Shown here: piece after piece, positions 62,710-64,000 of the stretch
Layout of the letters: every line of letters starts with the position of its first letter
Position numbering within the stretch: position 1 is the stretch's first letter
NCBI GenBank assembly: GCA_048268245.1
Contig: JBLWVX010000004.1
Span: forward strand, 81,041-145,040
Reading direction: 5' to 3'
Length of the DNA: 64,000 bases
Source: Arcobacteraceae bacterium
GTDB lineage: Bacteria > Campylobacterota > Campylobacteria > Campylobacterales > Arcobacteraceae
The notes under the pieces: generated by a model
The model's input: only the letters and a program-made list of their open reading frames with translations
Told to the model about the DNA's origin: nothing
The model's database searches: none
Program-made: the position numbers and the translations under genes

Positions 62710-63855
62710 TTATTTAACTGGAGTTTCAACTACAGAGTTGATAAACTTTTGTGAGCTTTCCATAGTAGTTACAAAACTTGGTAAAAATGATGCATTCTGA
62801 CCTATACCTAACTGATGATCTGATATATTTCTAATCTCTTTGATTTGAATCATACCTTTTTCATACATAGAAGAATTTTGTGTTTTATTTATAAGTTCAT
62901 TTACAGGCATAACAAATAGTTCATTTTTAATTGAATATTTTTGAACTGGGTTTGGAGAGAAAATCACCGTTTGAATATCTTTATTCTCACTCATATCTCT
63001 TACAGTAAATTTAAAGCTTCTTTCTTGTCCACTTGTATAACCAAATGGGAACGTAAAGTATACATACTGTTCATGACCAAAGTTTTCATACATAAATGAC
63101 GTAGTACTATTTTGAAGAAGTTTTAAAATCTCAATTTTTTCTTTTTGACCTAATAATACTTCTGGCTTTGTATCTTGTGAATATCTTATAACTTCACCAA
63201 TTTTTTGTTTTGAGTGAGCATTTTCAAAAGCTTTCATTTGTTGAGAACTTGTTTCTTTGTTGTTAGTTCTAAAAGAGATTGTTCCACTTAAACTATCATT
63301 GTCAACACCATCTCTTTTTAGTTTTGATACTGAAAAACTTCCACTTGCTAGAGTATCCCATCTTTTAACTAAAATATTTTTATCCACTTTTGCTGTACTT
63401 TTTTCATCAAATTGAGCTATTGGATAAATTTCAACATAACCTCTTCTAAAATCAACATCATTATGACCTGCATTTCTACTATGTTCATTTAAGTCTTTTC
63501 CAGCTCTTAATACATCTTTTACAGCAGGATGATTTGAATCATCTACACTTGTAAGTAATACTTTTCCTTGAACTTCACATACAGTCCCTGACCATGCATC
63601 ACCTGGTGATAAAAAGATTGGTAAATCAACTTCTTGTGAACTAATTTGTTCTCTAATTGACACTTTTGCTAAAATTGAGTTAGTTTCATTTGTATTAAAT
63701 ACTTTTATTTCACTACATACATCATTTTTAGCTTCATAAAATGGAGCTATTAAAAAGTCTCCTGTACCATCTGTTGCAAGAGAAACCTCTGCGCTTAATG
63801 AACTTGCACACATAACTGACGCAACTAAACTTGTAAGCTTTTTGTTTATTTTCAT
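62710..63855 (-). CDS. Secreted cell-surface protein
   Basis: Signal peptide; GDFLIAPFY, KV..RE..S.EVD..FLSPGD.W motif. Confidence 0.6.
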   Translation of the reverse strand: MKINKKLTSLVASVMCASSLSAEVSLATDGTGDFLIAPFYEAKNDVCSEIKVFNTNETNSILAKVSIREQISSQEVDLPIFLSPGDAWSGTVCEVQGKVLLTSVDDSNHPAVKDVLRAGKDLNEHSRNAGHNDVDFRRGYVEIYPIAQFDEKSTAKVDKNILVKRWDTLASGSFSVSKLKRDGVDNDSLSGTISFRTNNKETSSQQMKAFENAHSKQKIGEVIRYSQDTKPEVLLGQKEKIEILKLLQNSTTSFMYENFGHEQYVYFTFPFGYTSGQERSFKFTVRDMSENKDIQTVIFSPNPVQKYSIKNELFVMPVNELINKTQNSSMYEKGMIQIKEIRNISDHQLGIGQNASFLPSFVTTMESSQKFINSVVETPVK

Positions 63856-64000
63856 AATATTCCTTTTAAACTAAATAATTCTTTAACTTGTGTTGTTACT
63901 TAAAATAATATATTATTAAAATGTCAACTATGTGTCATTTATCATTTCTTTAAATTAAATTAATTTATCTTGATATTTATTTAATAATAAATATCATATA

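Overview
AT-rich chromosomal window from a Campylobacterota bacterium, most likely Arcobacteraceae, judged from gene order (thiC/HDOD/ispDF/pgpA, carA-DUF507-purA-hisZ, mqnP, miaA-rpmE-rsmI-rlmB-hom). Housekeeping genes surround three accessory blocks. (1) A 16.3-kb, 14-gene minus-strand operon (21269-37559) encodes a type IV filament/T2SS-like machine with a PilB/GspE ATPase, a PilC/GspF platform, a lipoprotein secretin and PilM/O/P-like parts. Its pilin-like subunits lack a class III prepilin leader and Glu5, four Sec-signal proteins share a pseudopilin-like N-terminal module (two are fused to RCC1-like propellers), and no prepilin peptidase or PilT gene is present. This is the best candidate for an undescribed system. 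(2) A c-di-GMP/two-component signalling block is transcribed divergently from that operon. (3) A 5.9-kb element is integrated at tRNA-Arg(UCG), with an 18-bp att duplication, arm-type sites, an integrase, AlpA, a Rep_trans-like protein and a membrane-anchored DEDDh exonuclease. Smaller observations are a 106-bp covarying hairpin array fused to the end of thiC, a MITE-like palindromic element, a MarR operator, a histone H1-like peptide and several gene remnants. All assignments come from motif recognition by eye; no searches were run.
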